IMG/VR virus record: IMGVR_UViG_3300045988_058353
Length of the DNA: 43,817 nt
Reading direction: 5' to 3' (one strand)
Source: a virus
The position numbers and the translations under genes are program-made. The notes under the pieces are model-generated. The model had not been told where the DNA came from, did not search any database, and saw nothing but the letters and a program-made list of their open reading frames with translations. This document shows, in pieces, positions 43,129 to 43,817 of this stretch. Positions within the stretch are counted from its first letter, which is position 1. Each line of letters starts with the position of its first letter.

Positions 43129-43146
43129 TTGAGTATTAATACTCGA
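43129..43146. repeat. 18-bp palindrome, copy 7 (TTGAGTATTAATACTCGA)
   Basis: Followed by TAGC and then a run of 10 T. Confidence 0.85.
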
Positions 43147-43158
43147 TAGCTTTTTTTT

Positions 43159-43187
43159 TTGCAAAAATTAGTACCAGGTGCTAAACT
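43159..43187 (+). promoter_or_regulatory. sigma70 promoter for a short + strand transcript
   Basis: TTGCAA (43159-43164), 17 nt, TAAACT (43182-43187), with a T-run upstream. Confidence 0.5.
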
Positions 43188-43193
43188 TTCTGA

Positions 43194-43358
43194 TAACTTA
43201 GTGGGACAAAATGCGTCCCTATGAAAATATAACTGTAATTTTTATCTGTTTGTTTATCATTTAGAATACATTTAGACCACATCTGGAATACATCCAGCCA
43301 CACAAAAAAGCCGTCACATAATGTTACATAATGTAGCAATGTGACGGCTTTTTTTTTA
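43194..43358 (+). ncRNA. Candidate ~165-nt small RNA, or carrier of a 17-codon ORF, in the immunity region
   Basis: Bounded by the promoter above and the strong terminator at 43304-43358. It contains only a 17-codon ORF (MRPYENITVIFICLFII) with a weak SD, and tandem GAATACAT(T/C)(T/C)AG.CCACA repeats. Confidence 0.3.
43304..43358. terminator. Bidirectional intrinsic terminator
   Basis: AAAAAA, then GCCGTCACA (43310-43318), a 21-nt loop, TGTGACGGC (43340-43348), then TTTTTTTTT. It serves the RHH gene on the minus strand and the short + transcript. Confidence 0.8.
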
Positions 43359-43369
43359 CTTTTTGGCTA

Positions 43370-43537
43370 TTAAAAATCTATAGTTTTTCTTGTTAACCAC
43401 TTTTCAATCATTTGTCTTAATAATTCACTTGAATTTATAGAACGCTCTTTACACGCTCTTTGAAACTCTTCTTTTAGTTCCTTATCTAATCTTATTTGAA
43501 TTACTACTCTTTTATTATTTTCATCTGTAAAAGTCAT
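43370..43537 (-). CDS. Ribbon-helix-helix (CopG/Arc-type) DNA-binding protein; candidate immunity repressor (55 aa, not in the ORF track)
   Basis: AGGAGGTG SD. In MTFTDENNKRVVIQIRLDKELKEEFQRACKERSINSSELLRQMIEKWLTRKTIDF, a beta strand (VVIQIRL) is followed by two helices, as in RHH proteins. Confidence 0.6.
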   Translation of the reverse strand: MTFTDENNKRVVIQIRLDKELKEEFQRACKERSINSSELLRQMIEKWLTRKTIDF

Positions 43538-43557
43538 CTTTTTCACCTCCTAAAAAT

Positions 43558-43586
43558 AGTATAGCATATTGTCATGACAAAAGCAA
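43558..43586 (-). promoter_or_regulatory. Promoter of the RHH gene with an embedded 12-bp palindromic operator
   Basis: On the minus strand: TTGCTT (43586-43581), 17 nt, TATACT (43563-43558). The spacer contains the perfect palindrome TTGTCATGACAA (43569-43580). Confidence 0.6.
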
Positions 43587-43626
43587 TCCATTTATTTTCT
43601 AATTGCCATTATATGAAGAAAAGCGA

Positions 43627-43644
43627 TTGAGTATTAATACTCAA
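43627..43644. repeat. 18-bp palindrome, copy 8 (perfect)
   Basis: Lies between the divergent RHH and early promoters and is followed by AAATTTTTT. Confidence 0.9.
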
Positions 43645-43663
43645 AAATTTTTTCAAAAAGTGC

Positions 43664-43692
43664 TTGACATCGTCATGACACTAGTGTATTAT
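43664..43692 (+). promoter_or_regulatory. Host sigma70-type early promoter P_A
   Basis: TTGACA (43664-43669), 17-nt spacer TCGTCATGACACTAGTG, TATTAT (43687-43692). It has the same AAAAAGTGCTTGACA upstream context as P_B. GTCATGAC lies in the spacer. Confidence 0.7.
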
Positions 43693-43706
43693 AATAACCA
43701 ACAGAG

Positions 43707-43724
43707 GTCATGACGCAACATGAC
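43707..43724. promoter_or_regulatory. Operator-like sites downstream of P_A
   Basis: GTCATGAC (43707-43714) and CATGAC (43719-43724). Confidence 0.5.
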
Positions 43725-43762
43725 GCGAAAGAGGGAAACAAAATGAGTAAATGAAAAAAAAA

Positions 43763-43817
43763 TAAATAAAAAGTGCTTGACAAAGCCATGACAATGATGT
43801 AAGATTATATCAACAAA
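43763..43817. repeat. Second copy of the window-end redundancy (equals 1-55, includes P_B)
   Basis: Identical to bases 1-55. Confidence 0.9.

Noticed and set aside
1490-43644. The repeated palindromes as a CRISPR array or MITE
   Set aside because: Copies are kilobases apart, with genes rather than regular short spacers between them. They have no flanking target-site duplications or longer conserved arms.
43730-43760. Mini-ORF ATG AGT AAA TGA after GAGGGAAACAAA, between the two early promoters
   Set aside because: It is only three codons long. More likely this is just leader sequence and the A-rich UP-like tract of P_B.

Overview
The window is one complete, circularly permuted phage genome of about 43.76 kb; bases 1-55 recur at 43763-43817. 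It is a T7-like podovirus. Almost everything is on the + strand in T7 order: ArdA-type early gene, single-subunit RNA polymerase, gp2.5-like SSB, endonuclease I, gp3.5 homolog, gp4 primase-helicase, a gp5 DNA polymerase split by an HNH-bearing group I-like intron, ligase, gp6 exonuclease, gp6.7/7.3, portal, scaffold, capsid, tail tube A/B, internal virion proteins gp13-16, gp17 tail fiber, holin, M15 endolysin, and gp18/19 terminase. Added to this backbone are an anaerobic nucleotide module (NrdD/NrdG, ThyX, Dut, an FTR-like Fe-S protein) and a lysogeny module at 40.1-43.8 kb (xis-like HTH, repeat-rich attP candidate, minus-strand tyrosine integrase, and an unlisted 55-aa RHH gene facing two tandem sigma70 early promoters). 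The most notable features outside the ORF track are listed here. (1) A GTCATGAC palindrome sits in the spacer of the RHH promoter and one early promoter, with a half-site in the other, giving a candidate immunity switch. (2) An Fst-like 32-aa hydrophobic peptide gene lies on the minus strand with its own promoter and terminator, between gp16 and the tail fiber. (3) A family of eight phage-RNAP promoter copies includes one upstream of the antirepressor and RNAP genes and one inside the primase gene. (4) An 18-bp palindrome occurs eight times at gene boundaries. (5) Strand-specific G-U hairpins occur in early leaders. (6) Two genes appear to start at ATA. All motif coordinates were indexed by hand and may be off by 1-2 nt. 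No database searches were run, so family assignments rest on motifs and remembered homolog sequences.
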